Source: Candidatus Woesearchaeota archaeon (GTDB lineage Archaea > Nanobdellota > Nanobdellia > SCGC-AAA011-G17 > PNOQ01). From it: a stretch of 64,000 bases of DNA. Where the stretch lies: contig JBDRML010000029.1 of assembly GCA_043812195.1 (NCBI GenBank), positions 32,001 through 96,000 of the forward strand. Direction: 5' to 3'. Positions 40,010 to 49,856 of the stretch are shown in pieces (position 1 is the stretch's first letter; every line of letters starts with the position of its first letter). A program made the translations under genes and the position numbers. Below the pieces are notes generated by a model, which worked only from the letters and a program-made list of their open reading frames with translations, had not been told where the DNA came from and did no database searches.

Positions 40010-41461
40010 TTATTCTGATAATAAAAACTCATTTAAATCTTTTTTGACCTTTTTCCCAAAATCTGTTAAATTCCCTTTTCCATCAAGTATATCGAATTTA
40101 TTCAATTGTCCTATCAACCAATTGGAAGTTTTCTTATTTTTACCCAATAGGTATCTTGCACAACCTGTATTTCCTAGCCTCTCTTTCAAAATCCTTCTTC
40201 TTTTTGGATAATATTTGAATATTTTATCTTTCAAAATTGAGATATTTTTTATTAATTCTAATGACCAAAATCTTATATACCCTTTATTTAAACCCTCCAT
40301 ATAAACTTTATAATTAAATCCTGTTATCTTTACGATTTCTTCTAATATTTTTAATTCTTTAGCATTAGAGGTAATGATAATATGCCCATGCGATTTAGAA
40401 CTTACTGAACCATCCCCTTCCAAAACACCAAATATAAAATCCATTGCTAAACTTTTATCATTATTTACTTTAATTTCTTTCAATAATCGATTTAATAATT
40501 TATTATAATAAATTTGAACTAATTGTTTATGTTCTTTTAAAATTAAAGATCCAAAAGGATTTATTGCTGGAGAAGATCCTTTATCTGAAAAATTAAGTCT
40601 AACTCTCTTTTGTTCTATATGAAAAGGTGTATTTTTCTCCCATGCATTAATCAAATAGTTTTTAATAGATTTCTCATCTCTATACTCAATTTCAGTAAAA
40701 GAGATACTTGGAATTATTTTAGAATTAAACACCAAAGAAGTATGCATTTTTAAATAATAATTGGCTTGTTCAAATGTTGAAGCACAAATCCCCCAATCAT
40801 TTCCCCTTTTAGTCCCATCTGCAAAATAACAACCTAAATAATTAGCGAAATCTTTCAACATAATATCCAATTTTATAATTATAGGCATCCTATTTCCTAA
40901 AAAAATTATTCCATATTCATCATCTACTTTTGCAAAATTAAAATCACCAAACATTGCATTATTTTCATTTGAAGTTCTATTTAATTTTCTAATTATTTTA
41001 AATATGCCCTTTTTTCTTGATTTCTTTGAATCAAAAACACAAGTATATTCTTCTCTCCTTTTTCTTTTTGAACTATTTATTTTACAAAATTTAGTTATGT
41101 TATTTCCATCTATAATTGACTTAATCTCTACAATATCCCCTGCTTCAAACAAGTACCTCGATGCAATATAATCAGGAATATACAACCTACCATCCGAACT
41201 TATTGTTGTATAAAACCCATCAACTTTTTTTATTTTGATATTAATCTTTTTACCCAATAAACTACCATCTTTCATAATTCTACAAGGAACATAAAATCCC
41301 AAAGTACCATAGAACTTAACTTTGGAAAAAAAGCTAATTTTAGAATTTAAAATTAGTTCAACACAATCGTTTAAGGAGAAAGCATCTCTACTTCCCAATG
41401 GAATAGAAATAAAACCCACCCCCTTATTATTTCCCTTTTTCAAAATAGCTTGAAATTCCAT
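40010..41461 (-). CDS. LAGLIDADG-domain protein with N-terminal AbrB-like repeats
   Basis: YLGCYFADGT and FIFGVLEGDGSV; N-terminal TISSDGRLYIP...GDIVEIK pattern. Confidence 0.7.
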   Translation of the reverse strand: MEFQAILKKGNNKGVGFISIPLGSRDAFSLNDCVELILNSKISFFSKVKFYGTLGFYVPCRIMKDGSLLGKKINIKIKKVDGFYTTISSDGRLYIPDYIASRYLFEAGDIVEIKSIIDGNNITKFCKINSSKRKRREEYTCVFDSKKSRKKGIFKIIRKLNRTSNENNAMFGDFNFAKVDDEYGIIFLGNRMPIIIKLDIMLKDFANYLGCYFADGTKRGNDWGICASTFEQANYYLKMHTSLVFNSKIIPSISFTEIEYRDEKSIKNYLINAWEKNTPFHIEQKRVRLNFSDKGSSPAINPFGSLILKEHKQLVQIYYNKLLNRLLKEIKVNNDKSLAMDFIFGVLEGDGSVSSKSHGHIIITSNAKELKILEEIVKITGFNYKVYMEGLNKGYIRFWSLELIKNISILKDKIFKYYPKRRRILKERLGNTGCARYLLGKNKKTSNWLIGQLNKFDILDGKGNLTDFGKKVKKDLNEFLLSE

Positions 41462-41526
41462 ATTTTATCTTAAATAATTAAATATTTAAAGATTTGTATA
41501 GTATAGAAAATAAAAAGATTCTGCGG

Positions 41527-43356
41527 TTACTCCACAGAAACACATTTCGCTAAATTTTTAGGATGATCAATTTCGCAACCTCTTAATTTTGCCATGTGAT
41601 AAGCTAATAATTGTGTAGGAATAACAGAAAGTATAGGTGTTAAATATTCACTAGTACTAGGAATATAAATCACATCATCAACTCTTTTCATCAATTCATC
41701 ATTTAAATCAGTAGTAATTGCTATTACTTTCCCACCACGACTTTTAATCTCCTCTATATTGTTTAAAACTTTCTTATACAATCTATCTAAGGGAGCAATA
41801 AAAATACTTGGCATATTTTCATCAATCAAGGCGATAGGTCCATGTTTCATCTCTGCAGCAGGATATCCTTCAGCATGAATATAACTAATCTCTTTTAACT
41901 TTAAAGCACCTTCCAAAGCTACAGGAAAATTATACCCCCTACCTAAATACAAAGCATTATTTGATTTATAATATTTATCAGCAACAGATTTAATCTTATC
42001 ATTACTTCTCAAAACATCATCAATCAAAGAAGGCAACCTAACTAATTCATTAATAAGCTCTTTAGCTTTTTCATCTGAAATCTTCTCTCTAATTCTTCCA
42101 AAATACAAAGCCAACAAATATAATATAATACAATGAGATGTAAATGTTTTAGTAGAAGCCACACCTATTTCCTGACCAGCATATAAATATACCCCTCCAT
42201 GAACCTTTCTAGCAATTGTAGAAGAAACAGTATTAACAATACCTAAAGTCTTAACTTCATATTTTTTAGCTTCATCAATAGCAGCTATAGTATCAGCAGT
42301 TTCTCCACTCTGAGATAATGCAATCAATAAATCCCCTTTCTTTAAAGCCGGATTTCTATATCTAAATTCAGATGCATACTCAACCTGACAAGGAATATCA
42401 ACCAAATCCTCAAATAAATATTTACCATACAAACATGCATGCCATGAAGTTCCACACCCAGTTAAAATAATTCTTTTTATATCTTTTATTTCATTATCAT
42501 CTAAATTCAAACCACTAAACTTGGCATTAATTTTATCCTTATCTATTCTCCAACTAAAAGCCTCACTAACAGTTCTTGGCTGCTCAAAAATTTCCTTAAG
42601 CATATAATGTTCAAAATTACCTTTACTTATCTCATCTAAATCCATTTTTAATTTAGTAACTTCTCTATTAATATGCAACTCAGACAAATTCTGTATACTA
42701 TAATCATTCTTCTTAATTATTGCCACATCATTATCATGCAAATAAATTACATCTTTAGTATAAGGCAACACAGGAGCAACATCAGAAGCAACAATCATTT
42801 CATTATTTCCAATTCCAATTACTAAAGAACTACTTTTCTTAGCAATAAATAATCTATCTGGTATATCAGAATGTAACATCACAAAAGCATAAGCCCCTTC
42901 CAATAATTTTAAAGATTTAATAAACGCATCCTCAATATTATTATTTTTCATAAACTCCTCAACTAAATGAGCCATAACCTCAGTATCTGTTTCACTATCA
43001 AACTTATGCCCTTTTTCTTCTAATAGATTTCTAAGTTCCAAAACATTCTCTATTATTCCATTATGCACTATAGAAATTTTCTTACTGCAATCTGAAAGTG
43101 GGTGAGCATTGAAATCAGTAACAATACTTGAAGTAGCCCACCTTGTATGGCCAATCCCAATACAAGAGTCAGGCAAATTGCCAATATTATCTTCTAAAAC
43201 TTGTATTCTTCCAACATTTTTCTTAGTATGAATTATATCATCTTTCAAAACAGAAATCCCACAAGAATCATAACCCCTATATTCTAATTTATTTAAACCA
43301 CTAATAATAACATCTTTAGCTTCTTTTTCCCCAATATATCCAACTATTCCACACAA
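41527..43356 (-). CDS. glmS: Glutamine-fructose-6-phosphate aminotransferase
   Basis: TTG start directly before CGIVG; LEYRGYDS, GHTRWAT, SQSGETADT, EMKHGP, NLAKCVSVE. Confidence 0.95.
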   Translation of the reverse strand: MCGIVGYIGEKEAKDVIISGLNKLEYRGYDSCGISVLKDDIIHTKKNVGRIQVLEDNIGNLPDSCIGIGHTRWATSSIVTDFNAHPLSDCSKKISIVHNGIIENVLELRNLLEEKGHKFDSETDTEVMAHLVEEFMKNNNIEDAFIKSLKLLEGAYAFVMLHSDIPDRLFIAKKSSSLVIGIGNNEMIVASDVAPVLPYTKDVIYLHDNDVAIIKKNDYSIQNLSELHINREVTKLKMDLDEISKGNFEHYMLKEIFEQPRTVSEAFSWRIDKDKINAKFSGLNLDDNEIKDIKRIILTGCGTSWHACLYGKYLFEDLVDIPCQVEYASEFRYRNPALKKGDLLIALSQSGETADTIAAIDEAKKYEVKTLGIVNTVSSTIARKVHGGVYLYAGQEIGVASTKTFTSHCIILYLLALYFGRIREKISDEKAKELINELVRLPSLIDDVLRSNDKIKSVADKYYKSNNALYLGRGYNFPVALEGALKLKEISYIHAEGYPAAEMKHGPIALIDENMPSIFIAPLDRLYKKVLNNIEEIKSRGGKVIAITTDLNDELMKRVDDVIYIPSTSEYLTPILSVIPTQLLAYHMAKLRGCEIDHPKNLAKCVSVE

Positions 43357-43471
43357 TGTAATATACGCCAAAATACTGCTCTTATAAATTTAATGAAAGT
43401 AACATTTAGATTAAGTAAGCTTGCCATACACCACAAAATCATTTATAAAGTTAAAAATCAATGCATCAAAC

Positions 43472-44179
43472 ATGAATCTATCAGAAAGAGGAAAAAGGAA
43501 TGTAAGAATAAGATGGAATAGAATACATCAAAAAGAGATTGATTATATAAGGAAAAATTTAGATAAAACTTTTAATTTTAAATCTAGGTTATGTGGTTAC
43601 TTAGCAGGAGATGGCAATATTCTTACTGCTAATAGCAAAACATGTACTCATTATACAATTCGTTTTTTCCCAGATCATTATTCACTAATTAAACCATTTA
43701 AAGAAGCGTTTATCAAAACATATAATAAAAATCCAAAAGTGAAAAAATTAAAAAACTATTATTTTATAACTATTGATTCCAAACCAATAGTATATGATCT
43801 CTTGTCACTAGTTGAATTTGGTACTTCAAATTGGAGTATTCCAAATAAAATTTTAACCAATGATAAAAATAAAATAGAATGGTTAAGAGCATTTTTTGAT
43901 GCTGAAGCACATATTCATGAAAAATATATTAGAATTCAATCAGTTAATGGAAAAGGATTAAAACAAGTAAAAGAATTATTAAACCAATTTTCTATTAATT
44001 CCAAAATTTATGAATACGTTCCAAAAAATAAAAAATGGAATAAGGTGTACATACTAAATATTTTAAGGAAAAAAGATAAAATAAATTATTTAAAATTAAT
44101 AGGATTTAATCACACCATAAAGCTTAAAAAGTTAAATAAAAATCTTGATTTTGCCTTAAATAAAGCCGCGGTCGCGTAA
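43472..44179 (+). CDS. Free-standing LAGLIDADG endonuclease-like protein; 3' end overlaps tRNA-Ser
   Basis: LCGYLAGDG and WLRAFFDAEA motifs; likely ATG 43472 after TATA; stop lies in the tRNA D-arm. Confidence 0.82.
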   Translation: MNLSERGKRNVRIRWNRIHQKEIDYIRKNLDKTFNFKSRLCGYLAGDGNILTANSKTCTHYTIRFFPDHYSLIKPFKEAFIKTYNKNPKVKKLKNYYFITIDSKPIVYDLLSLVEFGTSNWSIPNKILTNDKNKIEWLRAFFDAEAHIHEKYIRIQSVNGKGLKQVKELLNQFSINSKIYEYVPKNKKWNKVYILNILRKKDKINYLKLIGFNHTIKLKKLNKNLDFALNKAAVA

Positions 44180-44282
44180 TCTGGTATCGCACAGATCCTT
44201 AAAAGAAATAAAATTTTTATGGAGTGTAAGCCTGGAAAGCCTGACCCTTTTGGGTGTCTGGGTTCAAATCCCAGTCGCGGCG
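44165..44282 (+). tRNA. tRNA-Ser(GGA) with 35-nt intron at 29/30 (44195-44229)
   Basis: Acceptor GCCGCGG/TCGCGGC, joined stem CAGGC/GCCTG, long variable arm ACCC-TTTT-GGGT; BHB GCAC/GTGT with AGA and AAG bulges. Confidence 0.9.
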
Positions 44283-44870
44283 CTCATACTATTAGGCAAA
44301 CGCCACATAATTAAGAAAGTTTTAAATACTATTTTCAAGAAATATTTATATGGTTTTACCAAGAATAAATAAATTTGAAGATAAAAAGAAACTATATTCC
44401 TATATAATAAACAAATTTAGAAATTCTATGGTTATATTAGTTCACGGTTCTACTGCCAATAAAAAAATTAGAAACTATTCAGATTTTGATGTAGAAATTT
44501 ATGGAAAAAATATTAAAAAACCATACTATGAAATTCTCTTTATTAAAGAAGCTCCAGTCTTGTTATCTGTTTATTTTTACAAATATAAATCAGGTAAAAA
44601 AACAATACCAAAAAAAGGAATAAAAGTTATCAAAGGGGATTTTAGTAATAATTTAGATGGTGGAATTACTCCAATATATGGTGAAGGAAAATATACAAGT
44701 AAAGAGAGGTTAAAAAGAGATTGTCAACTGGTAACTGATTTTATGTTTAAATATTTTAGGTCTAAGGATAAAACATATCTCAAATATGTACAAAAAAGAA
44801 TTAAATAGGGTGGTAAGGGTAAGAAGTAATTAGCCCTTGCCTAATAATCCTGCTACCAAGTCGCGGCGCT
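44273..44870. mobile_element. Mini-cassette at tRNA-Ser 3' end: 12-bp direct repeats enclosing 10-bp inverted repeats and one gene
   Basis: AGTCGCGGCGCT at 44273-44284 and 44859-44870; TATTAGGCAA 44290-44299 / TTGCCTAATA 44837-44846. Confidence 0.6.
44350..44808 (+). CDS. Minimal nucleotidyltransferase-like protein
   Basis: VHGS...YSDFDVEI (GS..DxD) motif. Confidence 0.7.
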   Translation: MVLPRINKFEDKKKLYSYIINKFRNSMVILVHGSTANKKIRNYSDFDVEIYGKNIKKPYYEILFIKEAPVLLSVYFYKYKSGKKTIPKKGIKVIKGDFSNNLDGGITPIYGEGKYTSKERLKRDCQLVTDFMFKYFRSKDKTYLKYVQKRIK

Positions 44871-44948
44871 TATAATTTTACAAAAAAGAATTAATTTATA
44901 AAAAAGAAAAAGTCCTACCATTATTAGGTAGGATTAATGAAATTATTT

Positions 44949-45800
44949 TTAATCTGTTCTTTTAATACATTCTATCTCTATAATACCATCATCATTTAAT
45001 CCTTTAATGATATATTCTCTATAATGTTCTGTAAGAGATTCCATACTATGTTTTATATGTCTATTTGAAAGAGGAATTATCATTCCTCCTTTTTTATCTT
45101 TATCTAAAGGAAAATAAGGACGGATTCCATTTGACCAAGTTCCATAAAAACTTCCAAGATTAATAGCAGTATGATAAATAGGAGAATCTTCTCCTTCTTT
45201 AATAAGACTCCTAAATTCATTAGATGCTTTCCTTAATTTTTGTGCTTTTTCATGTGCTTTTTTATATGATTCATTAAATCTTGCAAAAGCCATATTTCCA
45301 CACATACTTTCAACATTTTCTTCATCAGTAGATGTATATTTTATTTTACATTTTAATTGCCTATCATCATCCGGATTAAGAAAATTTATCTTTGAAGAAT
45401 AATCATTATTTAAATAATCTTCAAGAAATTGTTCTTGAATCTCTCCCAATTCTTTAGTAGCATAAGCTAAAAAAACTATTTCTGCTGTTGCTTCTTGACA
45501 AATATGAATATTTCCATTATATCTTTCTCCTAATTTATGAATACTATCACAATCTCCAAGACCTTCTTCTCTTCCCCTTTCATAAGTACTTGCAACAAGG
45601 TGAGATTCTAAAACCAATCTTTCCAAATCTAATTCGGAAATTTTTCTTATAGTTTTAATAGCTAACTGTTTGATTGACTCTCCATGTTGAAGATTTATTC
45701 TTTCAGCTACATATTCTTTTTGAGCATCTACAATTTGACTTACAAAAGGATCTGTCTTTGCATCATAAATTTTTTGTATATATTGTTCTAATTAATCCAT
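44949..45800 (-). pseudogene. Hypothetical protein with TAA at codon 3 (45792-45794)
   Basis: GGGTGA RBS then ATG GAT TAA, then an open frame continuing into the 225-aa ORF. Confidence 0.55.
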
Positions 45801-45801
45801 T

Positions 45802-46779
45802 TTATTCACCCTTCTTATCTATTTTTTTCCAATATTCTTTTGAACCTAAAATATAATTATTACCTTCTCCATCATCTATAATCGCACCATCAAGATTTGC
45901 TCCCTTAAAGTTTGTATTATAAAGACTTGCATCCTCAAGATTTGCATTTCTAAGGTTTGCATCAGTAAGGTTTGCATCAGTAAGGTTTGCTCTTTTAAGG
46001 GATGCACCTATAAGAGATGAACTTCTAAGGATTGCTTTTCTAAGAAATACATCATCAAGAATTACACCATCAAGAATTGCATCTTTAAGATTTGTATATT
46101 CAAGGTTTACATCTTTAAGATTTGCACCTAAAAAGCTTGCACCAGTAAAGTTTGCCCTCTCAAGATTTGCCCTCTCAAGGTTTGCCCTCTCAAGATTTGC
46201 ATTTTTAAGATTTGCATCTCTAAGGTATGTTCTCTCAAGGTTTGCATCTCTAAGGTTTGCATACTTAAAATTTGTATTATAAAGACTTGCATCCTCAAGA
46301 TTTGCCCCCTCAAGATTTGCTTCTCTAAGATTTGCATGATCAAGATTTGCCCCACCAAGATTTGCATGATTAAGATTTGCCCCACCAAGATTTGCTTCTC
46401 TAAGATTTGCATCTCTAAAATCTGCACGCCCAGCAATTGAATAACTAAGATTTGCATTTCTAAGATCTGCATTTCTAAGATCTGCCTCATAAAGATTTGA
46501 ATGACTAAGATCTGTATTTTTAAGATCTGCACCCTCAAGATTTGAATGACCAAAATATGCTCTATAAATGTTTGCATTTTTAAGATCTGCACCCTCAAGA
46601 TTTGAATAAGCAAAAGTTGAATGACTAAGATTTGAATGACTAAGATTTGAATTATTAAAATTTGTTCTTATAAATCTTGAATTTGAAATATCTAAATATC
46701 TAAGATCTTCACCGCTAAAGTCTGCTCCATCAAAGAATCCAGATTTTTTTATTTCATATCCTTTTACAATTTTTTCCAT
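45802..46779 (-). CDS. Pentapeptide repeat protein
   Basis: Long run of A(N/D)LxX repeats; 15-bp DNA periodicity; GGAGG RBS. Confidence 0.92.
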   Translation of the reverse strand: MEKIVKGYEIKKSGFFDGADFSGEDLRYLDISNSRFIRTNFNNSNLSHSNLSHSTFAYSNLEGADLKNANIYRAYFGHSNLEGADLKNTDLSHSNLYEADLRNADLRNANLSYSIAGRADFRDANLREANLGGANLNHANLGGANLDHANLREANLEGANLEDASLYNTNFKYANLRDANLERTYLRDANLKNANLERANLERANLERANFTGASFLGANLKDVNLEYTNLKDAILDGVILDDVFLRKAILRSSSLIGASLKRANLTDANLTDANLRNANLEDASLYNTNFKGANLDGAIIDDGEGNNYILGSKEYWKKIDKKGE

Positions 46780-46910
46780 TTTTTATTTACCTCCTATTTT
46801 TATGACTTTCATCATACAAAAGTAGTGACTTTTCAACTATATAAATACTCTCTCCCCTTAAGTGCGTAGTAATAGTAAAATTTATATATCTTATTAACTA
46901 AATTAAAAAG

Positions 46911-47663
46911 ATGAATACAGAAATACTAAGAAAAATTGGATTAACAGAAGGAGAAATACGAGTTTATGAAGCCTTAGCTATTTTAGGCAAATCCTCAACA
47001 GGTCCAATCATGGACAAATCAGGCATTTCTAGCTCAAAAGTATATTTAATATTAGAAAAATTAATACAAAAAGGATTAGTAAGTTTTGTAATAGAAAATA
47101 ATGTAAAACACTTCCAAATTACTAATCCTAGAAATATAATAGAATATCTAGACAAACAGCAAAAAGAATTAGAAAATACAAAAAAAGAATCCGAATTATT
47201 TATCAAAGAGCTTACAAGTCTTTTAGGAAAATATGAAGAAGAATCTGCTCAAATTTACAAAGGTTTTGCAGGACTAAGAGTTGCTTTTGATAACTTATTA
47301 GAGAATATTGGAAAAGAAGGTGAGTTTCTTTTTTTCAGTCAATCAAAAGAAGAACTTGAAAATGAAAGAGTAGTCAATTTCTTCAAAAATGTACATCAAA
47401 AAAGATTAGAAAAAGGAATAACTTCAAGAGGAATTGTAGACACAAACTTAAAAAAATTATTTGAAAAAAAGCTTATAAAACAAAAGTTATATCAAATAAG
47501 ATTTTCTGATCTTAATTTACCTACTGCAATAAGTATTGGCAAAAATATTATTCTATTAAATATATGGGGAGATAATCCTATTTGTTTTGAAATTATTTCT
47601 AAAAGAATTGCAGAAAAACACAAAGAATTCTTTAATAAACTCTGGAGCATATCTAAAAAATAA
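46911..47663 (+). CDS. TrmB-family transcriptional regulator
   Basis: IGLTEGEIRVYEAL...SKVYLILEKLIQKGLV. Confidence 0.85.
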   Translation: MNTEILRKIGLTEGEIRVYEALAILGKSSTGPIMDKSGISSSKVYLILEKLIQKGLVSFVIENNVKHFQITNPRNIIEYLDKQQKELENTKKESELFIKELTSLLGKYEEESAQIYKGFAGLRVAFDNLLENIGKEGEFLFFSQSKEELENERVVNFFKNVHQKRLEKGITSRGIVDTNLKKLFEKKLIKQKLYQIRFSDLNLPTAISIGKNIILLNIWGDNPICFEIISKRIAEKHKEFFNKLWSISKK

Positions 47664-47739
47664 TTAAAAGTATAGCCTTTTATTACAAAAACTATTTAAA
47701 CAGGAAAAATTAAATTAAAGAAAAGGAGGTGTAAACTAA

Positions 47740-47964
47740 ATGCCAAAAAAGAATAATATAAAACCAGCAATGTCAGAAACTAAATCAAAAAAGACAAGTA
47801 GTTGCACATGTCATGGAAACGGGTTTACCTTTATTTTGGGAATAATAATCTTAATATTAGGTATAACTTTATGGTTTCAGTGGTTAACTCTTGTACAAGT
47901 ATTTGCAATAATATTTATTTTGATGGGTCTCAAAAAAATAATTTGGAAAAACAATTGCCACTAA
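47740..47964 (+). CDS. Small membrane protein
   Basis: GGAGGTG RBS, two TM helices. Confidence 0.65.
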   Translation: MPKKNNIKPAMSETKSKKTSSCTCHGNGFTFILGIIILILGITLWFQWLTLVQVFAIIFILMGLKKIIWKNNCH

Positions 47965-48076
47965 AAATACTAGCAATTCGTTAATCTAAAATATTGTGTA
48001 TTTATCCTATTAAGGAGTATTTTCCATAAAAACACTAGTTTTAAAAGCTTTTCCCTATTTCTTTAAATAGATAAAA

Positions 48077-49384
48077 ATGAGAAGTTTAACAAAAAAAATC
48101 ATAGGATGGACAACAGCTCTAGGAATAGCTCTAGGAGTCGGTTGGTTAGTAAAAGATTCAAATGATTATTATGATAAAATAGAAAGAAGTCCATATCCTT
48201 TTGCACAAAAAATAGAACAAACAGAAGTAAAACCTAATAAACCAAAAAAAGAATTATACACAATTCCAGCAGTCAAAGATTCTTCAAAAATTCCAACTAT
48301 AAGAATGCCACTTAATACTCAACCTACTACTGAATTTGTTGAAATTGATTCACTTAAAACTTTTAACAGATATACTTCATCACCATTAGTATCAACAGAA
48401 TGGCCTACATATTCTAATTTAGAACCTAAATTAAATCCATATCCAACAGAGATTACTTCAAGTGATAGCACCAGTATTACTGAAAACGATACTATAAATA
48501 TCAAAATACCAACACCTAAGGAAATAGAAAATCCAGTAAATGATATAGAAGAATTATTAAAACAATATCCTGAATTAGCTTCTCAACAAATAGAAAAAGT
48601 AGAAAATACAAGAGAACCTGTTAGCTTTTTTCCTGAGCAAATACAGCAACCAAATTATGGAGATGTAGAAATAGCTATAAAACCTCTTCCTAAACCAATT
48701 ATAAAAAGAATAGAAAAAAGCTTATCGCAAACTCTTTTAGATGGATTAAGAGAAACAGGTTTCATAGAAGTAATAGGTGATGATATTCGAGAAGTATTAT
48801 ATGGAAATGAAGAAGAAGATAGTAATAATATTGGTGCTGTTAAAGAACTTGCAAAATTAAACAACATACCTAATCCAAATGAAGTAAATGCTAATCAAGA
48901 AATAGAAATAGATTTCGCTCAAATTCTTCCAGAAAAATATTTAAAACAAAGACAGGAAACTACAACAATATCTTATTCCCAAAGAAGCGTAGCAAATGGG
49001 AGCACATTAAGTGAAATTATACTTGATTATTGTTTAGACCACAATATAGCACCAACTGTAAAAGACTTATACTCAAAAAAAGGCCTAGTTGAACTTATCG
49101 GTGAATTTAATGAAAAAGAAGGTAATATCGAAAATAGAGAGTGTCTTCATCCTGGCAAAACAGTTGAGATTGTTCCTGAAATTATAAAGCATTATTACGA
49201 CTCAAAATTAAAAAATTTAGAAAGACAGCAGTATAAAAATCCTGATGAGGGGTATAAAGTTATAGGAAAACAAGCATATAAACAAGATTCAAATGGAAGA
49301 TGGAGAAAAAAATCAGCAGGTGTTTCTGGAGTTCCAGGAATATATGTTTCTAATAAAGAAGTAGCAGAAGCAGGATTAGATTAA
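48077..49384 (+). CDS. Membrane-anchored protein with Pro/Thr linker and two LysM-like repeats
   Basis: ELAKLNNIPNPNEVNANQEIEI and VANGSTLSEI...NRECLHPGKTVEI. Confidence 0.6.
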   Translation: MRSLTKKIIGWTTALGIALGVGWLVKDSNDYYDKIERSPYPFAQKIEQTEVKPNKPKKELYTIPAVKDSSKIPTIRMPLNTQPTTEFVEIDSLKTFNRYTSSPLVSTEWPTYSNLEPKLNPYPTEITSSDSTSITENDTINIKIPTPKEIENPVNDIEELLKQYPELASQQIEKVENTREPVSFFPEQIQQPNYGDVEIAIKPLPKPIIKRIEKSLSQTLLDGLRETGFIEVIGDDIREVLYGNEEEDSNNIGAVKELAKLNNIPNPNEVNANQEIEIDFAQILPEKYLKQRQETTTISYSQRSVANGSTLSEIILDYCLDHNIAPTVKDLYSKKGLVELIGEFNEKEGNIENRECLHPGKTVEIVPEIIKHYYDSKLKNLERQQYKNPDEGYKVIGKQAYKQDSNGRWRKKSAGVSGVPGIYVSNKEVAEAGLD

Positions 49385-49671
49385 GGAATTCTCTCTTCTT
49401 GTTCATAAGGTTCTATATTTGTAAAAGTTTGAGGTTCTATTTGTTCTTCTAATTTAGGTTGAGAGGTGGATTGTTGTCTCTGTTGTCCCTGCATATCTTC
49501 TTGTCCTTGTTTAACCATTGCATCAACATCTACACCTAATTTTCTTAATTCTTCCATGTGCATCTGTATCAACTTATCCACATCATTAACCATATTCACC
49601 AAGGCAGTTCTCTCACCAGCTAATGTATTTATACAGCCTTTGTGAAATCCAATAAGTTCCTCATTTGCCAT
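49381..49671 (-). CDS. Hypothetical coiled-coil protein
   Basis: 96-aa ORF, Gln-rich tail. Confidence 0.65.
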   Translation of the reverse strand: MANEELIGFHKGCINTLAGERTALVNMVNDVDKLIQMHMEELRKLGVDVDAMVKQGQEDMQGQQRQQSTSQPKLEEQIEPQTFTNIEPYEQEERIP

Positions 49672-49672
49672 T

Positions 49673-49810
49673 TTACTTATATTTGGAGATCTGTTTAACT
49701 ATAGCTTGACTAATAAAATCCTCTTCATTAGTATACAATCTAGTTTTTTCTATTACAGCTCTAACACTATCCATAAGTTGTTTTGGTAATTTAACACTCT
49801 CTGTCTCCAT
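49673..49810 (-). CDS. Ribbon-helix-helix (CopG/NikR-like) protein, 45 aa, below ORF-track cutoff
   Basis: METESVKLPKQLMDSVRAVIEKTRLYTNEEDFISQAIVKQISKYK; GGAGGT RBS. Confidence 0.7.
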   Translation of the reverse strand: METESVKLPKQLMDSVRAVIEKTRLYTNEEDFISQAIVKQISKYK

Positions 49811-49856
49811 TTTAGAAACCTCCTAAATTTATATAAAATTAAATACTATATAAATA

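Noticed and set aside
43357-43371. MAYITL extension on GlmS
   Set aside because: GlmS needs an N-terminal Cys; the TTG at 43356 directly precedes it.
8324-45794. Genome-wide TAA reassignment
   Set aside because: TAA correctly terminates many conserved core genes in this window.
46128-46613. 161-aa MQILxx repeat ORF
   Set aside because: Alternative-frame shadow of the pentapeptide repeat gene.
45880-46660. Possible CRISPR array
   Set aside because: 15-bp coding periodicity without unique spacers; no cas genes seen in the window.
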